The notes under the pieces are model-generated. The model had not been told where the DNA came from. It saw nothing but the letters and a program-made list of their open reading frames with translations, and made no database searches. A program made the translations under genes and the position numbers. Positions 26,180-34,587 of a stretch of 38,315 nt of DNA are shown in pieces; the stretch's first letter is position 1, and each line of letters opens with the position of its first letter. This stretch comes from Candidatus Hydrogenedentota bacterium (GTDB lineage Bacteria > JBFMHD01). The stretch spans positions 1 through 38,315 of the forward strand of contig JBFMHD010000002.1 in assembly GCA_040752395.1 (NCBI GenBank), written 5' to 3'.

Positions 26180-27886
26180 ATGACAAAATCTGAAAAAATA
26201 GTTATTGTTATATTTATTCTATTCATAATATCTGGAATTATATTTTTTCATCTTGAACGTTTTGGCGATGCATCAAATTATTATCTAATGACAATAAGTT
26301 TATTAAAAGATGGGGACCTTGAATTCAGTCAAAAAGATTTTAATCGTATAAAAGAGAACCCCTTTTCTGATGTGCCCGCAGGAACGATACTTATTTTTTC
26401 AAATGGTAAATATTACTTTGGCAAACCTTACATCTATGCATTATTAAATGTCCCTTTATTTTATTTTATTAAAGAAAAATCATTTCTCTTTGTGAACCTG
26501 TTTTTGTTTTTTACTATGGTGTTTCTTTCCATACGATATCTTCTTAAAAAAAACAGCTTTTTTCGTTCAGCTGTTTTTACGATTTTTTATTTCTTTTTAT
26601 CAATTGTCCCTTTTTATATTTTATGGATACATGAAGAGATATTCAATTTTTTTATTGTCTTTATATTCTTCTATTTTTTGTTAAATTTTAAAGCTACTGA
26701 TAAAACTTATTATCTGTATTTAGCAGCCGTGTGTTGTGGCATAGGTTCTGCAATAAAATTGATTAATTCTCTTTTAATCTTACCACTACTTTTAACACTT
26801 GTGCGAAAAAATATTAAAATAATTACAAATTTTATTATTGTAATGTTGTTACCTGTATTTATTATCCTTGGCCTGTTTTATATTCATACAGGCATACTAA
26901 CTTATTTCAGTGGTGATATCCGGGAGATGTATTATAAACTTGATGATATGCCGTATTCTAATCCGTTGTATCCTTATAAAACTCATGGTAGAGATGTGAA
27001 ATTAGATGAGATGGTTCCGCCTGTTAATAAAAGTTTTGTTATTCCAAATATATTTTATTTTTTGTTTGGCAGGTTTACTGGTATTTTATGGTATTTTTTC
27101 CCTTTAATAACAATTTTATTTTTTTACGATAAAAGATCCCCTTTACGGTATCATCTTCTCTGTCTTTTTATTTTATGGGTTGTCTGTCTGTGTGTAGGGA
27201 GGTGGTACAATTATTATGGCGGAGTACCTCTTGGTAATAGATATTTCCATTTATATCCTGCTTTTATTTTTCTTGTAGCTAATATCAGATTCAAGAAAAT
27301 TTTTACTGTTTTAGTGGTATTTGCTTGTGTGTTGATTCTGCCATTATATGCTCATCCCTATCTCCATTCTTCAATGCCGTACTCGCATACTGTTTATTTC
27401 CCCTATAATTTAATGCCTGTAGAAAAGAATCAGTTACCCGGTCTCCCTTTCTGGGGTAAACCAATCAAACCGTTTTGGTGGGTAAGATATGATAATACGT
27501 ATGTACAAAGAAAGGCTTACTATAGTGACATATTTTTCTTTGTTTTGGATTTTTCAGGCGAACTTAGAAAAGACTCTATATTCATAAAAGAGAAAGAGAG
27601 ATTTAAAGCCTTAATCGAGATACCTGAAGATGTTTCGCCTCTTTTTAAGATTGTATTTTGTCCGCTAAGAAATCAGGTGATCAACGAGGACAGAGTTGCT
27701 TCTGTAAAAGTGTCCTATAATAATCAGCATTACAATGTAGTTTTAGAGAATGATAAAGAAGCTTATCTTATCTTAAGACGGCCTGATGATAAACCCATAA
27801 AGCGAATCGAAAAGAAATGGTATCAGACAGAATTAAATATCAAACCCGAGGCTTGTGATATTTTTCTAAAGATTATTACTTTCTGA
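26180..27886 (+). CDS. Multi-pass membrane protein, probable GT-C fold glycosyltransferase
   Basis: GD...YY.M..SL..DGD first loop, many TM segments, GG..LGNRY motif, soluble C-terminus; context. Confidence 0.6.
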   Translation: MTKSEKIVIVIFILFIISGIIFFHLERFGDASNYYLMTISLLKDGDLEFSQKDFNRIKENPFSDVPAGTILIFSNGKYYFGKPYIYALLNVPLFYFIKEKSFLFVNLFLFFTMVFLSIRYLLKKNSFFRSAVFTIFYFFLSIVPFYILWIHEEIFNFFIVFIFFYFLLNFKATDKTYYLYLAAVCCGIGSAIKLINSLLILPLLLTLVRKNIKIITNFIIVMLLPVFIILGLFYIHTGILTYFSGDIREMYYKLDDMPYSNPLYPYKTHGRDVKLDEMVPPVNKSFVIPNIFYFLFGRFTGILWYFFPLITILFFYDKRSPLRYHLLCLFILWVVCLCVGRWYNYYGGVPLGNRYFHLYPAFIFLVANIRFKKIFTVLVVFACVLILPLYAHPYLHSSMPYSHTVYFPYNLMPVEKNQLPGLPFWGKPIKPFWWVRYDNTYVQRKAYYSDIFFFVLDFSGELRKDSIFIKEKERFKALIEIPEDVSPLFKIVFCPLRNQVINEDRVASVKVSYNNQHYNVVLENDKEAYLILRRPDDKPIKRIEKKWYQTELNIKPEACDIFLKIITF

Positions 27887-29287
27887 TTTCTTTATATAAA
27901 CGAATCTGCCTTTCTTATATTCTTTGATAAGTTCATAATTTGTTCTAACATATTTTATAAACTCTTTTAACTTTACAAAACGGCTGCTTGAGATAATCAC
28001 CATTTTTACGTTATATTGTTTACAAGCATCTATAAGCATCTCAGAGGAAAGATATTTTGTAATTATTCTGTAATTTGATGTATCAACAAAATCAGAGGGT
28101 AATCTTTTATTGGCAAAGAATGAAATAATCTGTTCATCGGTTAAGATATATTCATTTTCATTTACCCGACTTGAAATCACTTTAACTACATCAACATAAT
28201 AAGGATTATCATTTTGAGATATAAAATCGATATCTTTTTTTATTAACCACATAGAATATATACCATAACTTAAAAAGATTATAAAAAGTATACCTCTTCT
28301 TATTTTAACCCGTGGTATGGTAAAGAGGTAAGAAATCCCTATCCCGCTTAAAATGGACATCAAAGGGATTAAAATAGTTGTATGATGTGGGAATAAAGCT
28401 CTGTAAAATAAACAAAAGAGAAAAAAAGCGCAACTGAGTATTACAATAAATATACCATCAAATCTTTTTTTCATAATACAAAGAACCACACCTGCTATAA
28501 ATGAAATAAACAAACCAATATCTGAGTTCAGTGTTTCCCAGATCCATAATATTCTATCAGAAAATTTATAAATTGCTGGTTTTGAAAGATGATAAATAAT
28601 CATCTGGTCTATCATCTTATTAAAATTAAAAATTGGGAGTATAAGAAGAGGGATAATACAGCCGGCAATAAAAAATATTGCTCCCCTGACTCCTTTGCTT
28701 GTTATAAAGCATCCGATTATCAATACCAAAGCGATACCCACATTTAATTTCATCATAATGCCAAGAGAGATAAAAATACCGCTTATAAAATAATACAAAG
28801 GGTTATTGTATCTTCTGGCTCTTAAAAATAATAAGACGCCTAAAAGAACAAAAGCTATTGATGGGACCTCGGATTGGACTATTCTGCTCTGGTTGACAAA
28901 GAGCGGGGATATAGATAGAAAAAAAGCTGATAATAATCCCGCACAGTTATCAGATGGCAGAACGGCTTGAGACCCTGCTTCTTTTGCTATAAAATATACA
29001 CTCATAATACAGAGTAAAGATGTTAAAACAATAAATAGTCTTGCAGAAAAAATATTTATGCCGAGTAATCGAAAAAAAACTCCGATTAAAATACTGAAAT
29101 GTGGTGGTTGACCACTGAAAAAATCATTAAATGGTAAATAACCGAGTGCAACCATCTTACCACTCTCAGCATATACTCCTTCATCATAGTTATAGCTATA
29201 CATACCGCCGAGCCTATAAACTCTTAAATAAACAGCCAGACAGAGTACAATAACAAATAAACAATAAGATAATATCTTTTTATTCAT
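27866..29287 (-). CDS. ArnT/PMT-family (GT39/GT83-like) glycosyltransferase
   Basis: YDEGVY loop, QPP, ARL, SP.F...SR....E and MMKL motifs; many TM segments. Confidence 0.8.
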   Translation of the reverse strand: MNKKILSYCLFVIVLCLAVYLRVYRLGGMYSYNYDEGVYAESGKMVALGYLPFNDFFSGQPPHFSILIGVFFRLLGINIFSARLFIVLTSLLCIMSVYFIAKEAGSQAVLPSDNCAGLLSAFFLSISPLFVNQSRIVQSEVPSIAFVLLGVLLFLRARRYNNPLYYFISGIFISLGIMMKLNVGIALVLIIGCFITSKGVRGAIFFIAGCIIPLLILPIFNFNKMIDQMIIYHLSKPAIYKFSDRILWIWETLNSDIGLFISFIAGVVLCIMKKRFDGIFIVILSCAFFLFCLFYRALFPHHTTILIPLMSILSGIGISYLFTIPRVKIRRGILFIIFLSYGIYSMWLIKKDIDFISQNDNPYYVDVVKVISSRVNENEYILTDEQIISFFANKRLPSDFVDTSNYRIITKYLSSEMLIDACKQYNVKMVIISSSRFVKLKEFIKYVRTNYELIKEYKKGRFVYIKKSESNNL

Positions 29288-29497
29288 AATACTTTGTTCT
29301 TTATAATATAGTGTGTTCGATTAAGATGCAATATTTTTTTGGGCCAGACTTGCTTCGACTGGCCGCAAGGGTCACTATAATTAATGACATACAATTTAAC
29401 AATTCTTGGTTCTTGACGATTAATTCTTGCTTCTGTAACATTTTTAATTAGGGAGACGTCCCATATTTACGAGGAGACAGGAGACAGACTTCTTGCT

Positions 29498-29544
29498 TCT
29501 TGCTTCTACTTGATATTATTATAGTTACAGCGTTTTTCAGAGGA
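29498..29544 (+). repeat. Repeat I: upstream-type element end directly before the sulfatase-like gene
   Basis: tcttgcttctacttgatattattatagttacagcgtttttcagagga, nearly identical to 31702-31748; the core is the reverse complement of the left ends at 9916, 34451 and 38100. Confidence 0.9.
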
Positions 29545-29550
29545 TAGTTT

Positions 29551-30888
29551 ATGAATAAGCAGATTAATTTTTTAGGAGTTATTTTAACTATCATAATTAT
29601 TGTTGTTTTTTCATTTATGTTAAATTATGTTATTGAGTTCTGTTACAGACATTCAAAAATAAATGTTATTTTAATTTCGATAGATACTTTAAGAGCAGAC
29701 CATCTTGGTTGTTATGGGTACCACAAAAATACAACGCCAAATATTGACTGTTTTAGTAAAGACTCGGTTTTATTTAAAACAGCCATTGCTCAATCCTCTT
29801 CAACAGCGCCTTCGCATGGTGCGATATTTACTTCGCTTATCCCTTCTCATAATTTAGCATCAAGAGCAAGATCTCAAGCTATGCCTGAAGCCATTACAAC
29901 GATGGCTGAAATTTTAAAAGATAATGGTTACAGGACTATATCATTTAATGGTGGTGGACAGGTATCAGCTGATTTCGGTTTTTCTGCTGGGTTTGAGATA
30001 TATAATAGTTCTTATACTAATTTTAATGACAAGGTCGATTCAGCTATCGCCTGGATTTCAAATAACAAGGATGAGAAGTTCTTTATTTTTCTGCACACCT
30101 ACGAGGTTCATCACCCCTATACACCTGATAAAAATTATCTTGAATTGTTTGAGAAAGATTATAGAGGCAGTTTACCAAAGGATATTTCAAGAGAGTTGCT
30201 AATGGATATCAATTACAAAAGAAAAAAGATAACTAAAGAAGACAGAGAACACATTATTAATACCTATGATGCTGAGATATATTCAATAGATAAGTCATTT
30301 GGGTTACTTATCAGTTATCTTAAAAAGAATAATTTATATGACAATACGATAATAGTTTTTACTTCGGACCATGGCGAAGAGTTTGGTGAGCATGGGTGGT
30401 GGGGCTGGCACGGCCATACACTTTATGATGAACTACTTAAAGTCCCATTGATCATAAAATTTCCTGATTCGATTAATACATCTAAAGTTGTTTCTAAAAT
30501 GGTAAGAAGTATTGATATTCTTCCTACTCTGCTGGATTTTTTAAATATAGAAACTACAAATAATTTTGAGGGTATGAGTCTAATCAAATTGATAGATAAA
30601 AAATCAGACATTCAGCTATATTCAATCAGTCAGCTGGATGCTACTTGTTTAATACTACCCATAGCAGTGAGAACAGAAGAATGGAAATTGTATGAAGGGA
30701 AATTATTCAATTTAAGATTGGATTCAAGAGAAAGGTATGATATAGCAGTGAAGCATCCTGATGTTGTTAAAGAATTATCAGAATACTCAAATAAATTTAT
30801 GAGGGAGAACAGGCCGCAGACATCTAAGACGATCCTGTTAAAAGAAGAAACCATCGAACAACTCAAAACACTTGGGTATCTGCATTGA
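29551..30888 (+). CDS. Membrane-anchored sulfatase/alkaline-phosphatase superfamily protein
   Basis: LISIDTLRADHLGCYGY, TAPSH, H.PY, YDAEI, TSDHGEEFGEHG, VPLII, DILPT and LKTLGYL motifs; N-terminal TM segment. Confidence 0.88.
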   Translation: MNKQINFLGVILTIIIIVVFSFMLNYVIEFCYRHSKINVILISIDTLRADHLGCYGYHKNTTPNIDCFSKDSVLFKTAIAQSSSTAPSHGAIFTSLIPSHNLASRARSQAMPEAITTMAEILKDNGYRTISFNGGGQVSADFGFSAGFEIYNSSYTNFNDKVDSAIAWISNNKDEKFFIFLHTYEVHHPYTPDKNYLELFEKDYRGSLPKDISRELLMDINYKRKKITKEDREHIINTYDAEIYSIDKSFGLLISYLKKNNLYDNTIIVFTSDHGEEFGEHGWWGWHGHTLYDELLKVPLIIKFPDSINTSKVVSKMVRSIDILPTLLDFLNIETTNNFEGMSLIKLIDKKSDIQLYSISQLDATCLILPIAVRTEEWKLYEGKLFNLRLDSRERYDIAVKHPDVVKELSEYSNKFMRENRPQTSKTILLKEETIEQLKTLGYLH

Positions 30889-30993
30889 AAATATTATTAG
30901 AGGCGCTATGGCAGTCAGCGTTTTCATAGCCATCCTAAAGTTTCAAGATTTTTTAAGTTTTCATACTTGAATGCATCGCCCGGCAAGTGTACA

Positions 30994-31263
30994 TTATCCG
31001 AAAACGTCCTTTTTATACACTTCTTTACCATGAGCAACTCTCAATATTAGTATTTCGTTATTAGAAATAATAGAATATATAATTCTATAATCTCCAATCC
31101 TGTATGAAAATAAACCTTTAAAATCGCCGACTAATTCTTTTCCTTTTCGTGGATATAAAGAAAGTTCCTTCTCTATTTTATTTAAAAGCCTTCGGCATTG
31201 TCTCTTGTCGATTTTATCCAGATCTTTAGTAACTGATTTTTTATAATTAATCTTATAAACCAA
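30994..31263 (-). CDS. RelE/ParE family toxin
   Basis: YKI......KDL.K, YRIGDYRIIY and V.H.KEVY motifs. Confidence 0.9.
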   Translation of the reverse strand: MVYKINYKKSVTKDLDKIDKRQCRRLLNKIEKELSLYPRKGKELVGDFKGLFSYRIGDYRIIYSIISNNEILILRVAHGKEVYKKDVFG

Positions 31264-31471
31264 GATTTTTCCTCATTTCTTTTGATGAAATTATCTTGTC
31301 GTCTTTATCATTAAATCTGTCCAATGCTATTTGATAATCGGCATACTCAATTAAATAATTTTCGATAGCTTTTTTAATGATAAAAGTCTTAGACCGTTCT
31401 AAATCCCTACATAATTTATTCAAAGGTGTCGCTATTTCATCTGGAATTCTTACTGATAATGTTTGGGGCAT
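31253..31471 (-). CDS. RelB/CopG ribbon-helix-helix antitoxin
   Basis: LSVRIP, RSKTFIIKKAIE.YL.E..D motifs; SD AGGAGG upstream of ATG 31471; overlaps the toxin gene. Confidence 0.88.
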   Translation of the reverse strand: MPQTLSVRIPDEIATPLNKLCRDLERSKTFIIKKAIENYLIEYADYQIALDRFNDKDDKIISSKEMRKNLGL

Positions 31472-31482
31472 ATAAATCCTCC

Positions 31483-31529
31483 TGTAATATATGTAATACA
31501 ATTATACCATTATATTAATAAATCGTCAA
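31483..31529 (-). promoter_or_regulatory. Sigma70 promoter and probable autorepression operator of the relBE-like pair
   Basis: TTGACG (31529-31524), 17 nt spacer, TATAAT (31506-31501) with TGn extension; followed by TGTATTACA-TAT-ATTACA. Confidence 0.8.
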
Positions 31530-31564
31530 TAGATATTTCTTGCTTTTTGTAATGCCTAAGTTAT

Positions 31565-31749
31565 AAGTAGAATGAAGAAGCAAGAGACAGATAACGGAAA
31601 AGAAAGATAACGAAAGAGGCAAGAAGCAAGGTAATGGAAAACTGTTGTAGGACCGAAAAAAAACCTTGTGCCTCTGTGCCTCTTGTTTCTTGCTTCTTGC
31701 CTCTTGCTTCTACTTGATATTATTATAGTTACAATGTTTTTCAGAGGAG
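31565..31749 (+). repeat. Repeat J: heptamer-based imperfect inverted repeat plus upstream-type element end
   Basis: gaagcaagagacag...gaggcaagaagcaag opposite cttgtttcttgcttcttgcctcttgcttctactt; ends attattatagttacaatgtttttcagaggag. Confidence 0.8.
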
Positions 31750-31768
31750 ATAAAATAATTACAAGATT

Positions 31769-32479
31769 ATGCAAATAAAAGTTATAGCAGTTGGCACAAA
31801 GAGATGGGAACGATGGCTTAGGCGTTGGGGAATTTCTTTTTTAATTGAAGAAGACATTTTGTTTGATACCTTTGGAGACGCTTACGTTTTCTTGCGTAAT
31901 CTTAGACAGATGCAAGTAGACATCTCTAAAATAAAACACATAATCCTTTCACATTCCCATTGGGACCATATCAGTGGTCTTTGGCACATTATAAACAAGC
32001 ATAAAGATATTAATGTTTATATATGTCCAAATTTTAAGCAAGAAATAAAGGAGAAGATACGAGCCTCTGGGGCAAATGTAATTGAAGTAGGCAGTTTTTT
32101 GAACATCTGTGGTAATGTATATTCAACCGGTGAGATCTACGGCAAGCAGAAAGGAAGTGATATTTACGAACAGGCGATGGTAATAAAAACTCAAAAGGGA
32201 ATAAGTATAGTTTGTGGCTGTGCTCACCCTGGAATATTAAATATAGTTAATGAAGTCAAAAGATTCTTTAAAGAAAATATATATCTGATTATTGGTGGTT
32301 TGCATTTAAAAGAAAGTACGCAAGAACAAATAGAAGAGGTTGTTCATCGATTAAAGTTGGAGAGGATTATAAAAATTGCCCCTACGCATTGTACTGGTAA
32401 GATTGGAACAAATTTATTAGCGAAAGAGTATGTAGATAACTTTGTTCAAGTAAAACAAGGCTGCGTAATAGAAATATAA
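31769..32479 (+). CDS. MBL-fold metallo-hydrolase
   Basis: ILFDT.G, LSHSHWDHISG, GCAHPGI, IGGLHL and P.HCTG motifs. Confidence 0.88.
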   Translation: MQIKVIAVGTKRWERWLRRWGISFLIEEDILFDTFGDAYVFLRNLRQMQVDISKIKHIILSHSHWDHISGLWHIINKHKDINVYICPNFKQEIKEKIRASGANVIEVGSFLNICGNVYSTGEIYGKQKGSDIYEQAMVIKTQKGISIVCGCAHPGILNIVNEVKRFFKENIYLIIGGLHLKESTQEQIEEVVHRLKLERIIKIAPTHCTGKIGTNLLAKEYVDNFVQVKQGCVIEI

Positions 32480-32522
32480 CCGCTAAGTAAAAATTAATGA
32501 TTGGCAAGATAATATACTGCTC

Positions 32523-32609
32523 TATACTGCTCCCCTGATTAGAATGGTCAGGTCAAAATGTGCCGAAAATTTACTAAAAAATGTCTCGACAAACGGGGAG
32601 CACTACAAG
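32523..32609. mobile_element. Repeat E: inverted copy of element D, preceded by a partial extra terminus at 32513-32522
   Basis: One mismatch against the reverse complement of 25129-25215; tatactgctc is duplicated. Confidence 0.8.
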
Positions 32610-33496
32610 AATGAGAGGTCGGTAAAATTGTGATTAAAGATTGGGGTAATATCGTAATCCCACTTAAGATGAGCGTAATGTTTTTTAGCATAGTTTAAAC
32701 AGCAAGAAATAAACTGGAGATAAAAATCATTTTTTTTCACACGGTACTGGTAAGCGAATGTGCCGATGGCTTTAATATTTCTCTGCAGCGCAACTACTCT
32801 TAAATCTGAATATTCATCCCACTTTTTTATCAATCTACCACGTAGATTATTACCGATATTAACATAAGCATCGTATAAAAACGAGGCGATATCATATAAT
32901 GGATGCGCAAAACGTGCATCCTGAAAATCTATTAAATAAAATTTATTATTATGTACTAAAATATTTCGCGAGTGATAATCTCTGTGAGCAGGTATCAGTT
33001 TTGTTTTTGATGCAGATAGCGCAAGTTTTTTGTAAAAAGGTAATAATCTGTCATCACCTCTATTATCGAAGTAATATCTATGGAAATGTAGAAGTTCTTT
33101 TTCTAATGCTTCGGCATTTAAGCAGAGGTGTTGAGGAAAGATACTTATTTCTTTTGAAGCAGCGATTCTTAATAAGTAGTCTGTTAATATTTCATAAGCT
33201 TTCTCTATCTCGATTTTATCTGCTTCTTTAAGCCAATCGAAAAGCAAGACATCACCCAGGTCTTCAAGTAAAAATGTTAAGCCATCAGGAGATATATCAT
33301 AAATCTCAGGTACAGGTATATCGAGTTTAGATAACCAATCCCTGACAATGCCAAATCTTTTTGCCTGCATTATATATGGTTCTTCATCCGGGAATACCAT
33401 TAATATTATATGTGTTTTATTTTTCTTAATCCTATAAAATGACCGGCTTGATGCGTCACCTTTAAGACGAACCGCATCTTTGGGGATCTTAAACAT
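32603..33496 (-). CDS. amgK: AmgK-like anomeric MurNAc/GlcNAc kinase (APH family)
   Basis: GDASSRSFYR, LLEDLGD, HRDYHSRN, IDFQDA, YD.AS.L.D and QR.IKA.G.F motifs; adjacent to a MurU-like gene. Confidence 0.78.
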   Translation of the reverse strand: MFKIPKDAVRLKGDASSRSFYRIKKNKTHIILMVFPDEEPYIMQAKRFGIVRDWLSKLDIPVPEIYDISPDGLTFLLEDLGDVLLFDWLKEADKIEIEKAYEILTDYLLRIAASKEISIFPQHLCLNAEALEKELLHFHRYYFDNRGDDRLLPFYKKLALSASKTKLIPAHRDYHSRNILVHNNKFYLIDFQDARFAHPLYDIASFLYDAYVNIGNNLRGRLIKKWDEYSDLRVVALQRNIKAIGTFAYQYRVKKNDFYLQFISCCLNYAKKHYAHLKWDYDITPIFNHNFTDLSFL

Positions 33497-34443
33497 TAGA
33501 AATTCCTGATCCTACCATGAACATAAACACTATTAATTAAATCTCTATCCGGGTTTCCTAAAACAATGGAATCTTTAATAACTATATCTGATTTTATATA
33601 AGAGTCTGATAAAATAATAGAGTTCGATATTTTTGCATTATCGCAGATTACTACATTATCACAAATTATACTTTTATCCCCTATCTTTGAATCACCAATT
33701 TTACTTCTTTTTGATATGTAGCTTTTAAGTTTTTTTAATTCAAGCATTTTGAAATTTGTCTGCAGATAGCCTTTTAATGTTCCGGGATCAGCACTAAACC
33801 AATAGTCATTTTGTATATAAGCAGAGATTTTCTCTTTATTTAAAAAAGCATTTTTATAGAGGCCATTAAAGATATCAAAAATTTTTAATCGTTTATCAAG
33901 AAATTTCAGGATATCAGAGGTTAAGATATGAACACCTAAAAAGACATAATCTCTGCCACCACATCCAAAAATATTTTCTACCCTGCAGACATACTTTCTC
34001 TTTACACCAACAGGATTATATGTCTCATAACTCTTTTTTGGTCTCAGTGCCAGGGTGGCGCCTGTTTTGTGGGCTTTTACCATATTTTTAAATGAGAAAC
34101 CAGAAGGTATAAAATCACAGTTCACAAGAAAAAATGGTTCGTTTAGATAGTTTAATGCGTTTTTTATAGCTCCACCTGTGCCGAGGATTCTTTTTTCCTG
34201 TAAAAAAATAATCTGTATTTTATTTTTTTTAGCATAGGCTTCTAAATTATCCCTTATCTCTCTGAAATGCACAAAAAGATTTACAATAAATTTTTTTATC
34301 CCGATGCATCTTAATTCATCAAATACATAACAAACCATAGGTTTATCAACAACAGGCAAAAGACATTTGGGTATATATTCTGTTATGGGTATCAGTCTTG
34401 TGCCTTCACCAGCACATAATATGTATGCGAGTTGCGGAATCAT
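33496..34443 (-). CDS. murU: MurU-like sugar-1-phosphate nucleotidyltransferase with C-terminal hexapeptide-like region
   Basis: ILCAGEGTRL.P.T...PK.LLPV, E..ILGTGG and VNCD motifs; coupled to amgK. Confidence 0.7.
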   Translation of the reverse strand: MIPQLAYILCAGEGTRLIPITEYIPKCLLPVVDKPMVCYVFDELRCIGIKKFIVNLFVHFREIRDNLEAYAKKNKIQIIFLQEKRILGTGGAIKNALNYLNEPFFLVNCDFIPSGFSFKNMVKAHKTGATLALRPKKSYETYNPVGVKRKYVCRVENIFGCGGRDYVFLGVHILTSDILKFLDKRLKIFDIFNGLYKNAFLNKEKISAYIQNDYWFSADPGTLKGYLQTNFKMLELKKLKSYISKRSKIGDSKIGDKSIICDNVVICDNAKISNSIILSDSYIKSDIVIKDSIVLGNPDRDLINSVYVHGRIRNF

Positions 34444-34450
34444 TGTTTAT

Positions 34451-34523
34451 CTCCCCTGAAAAACGCTGTAACTCTAATAATTTCACGAAGTGAGAAGTAA
34501 GAAGTGTGCCTCTGTGCCTTTGT
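34451..34523 (-). repeat. Repeat H: upstream-type element end plus heptamers
   Basis: ctcccctgaaaaacgctgtaactctaataatt matches 9916-9947; followed by gaagtga/gaagtaa/gaagtgt and gcctctgtgcctttgt. Confidence 0.88.
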
Positions 34524-34587
34524 AAATGCATCTAAAGACGCTCACTACATTTTTTCACAGGTTCTAAGTGGTTACAATTATAAAAGT

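Noticed and set aside
30890-30930. attattagag...cagcgttttca resembling a split copy of the upstream-type element
   Set aside because: Two short matches separated by 13 unrelated nt and lacking the GGAG end; not distinguishable from chance
31556-31774. 72-aa ORF
   Set aside because: It is a translation of heptamer repeat J
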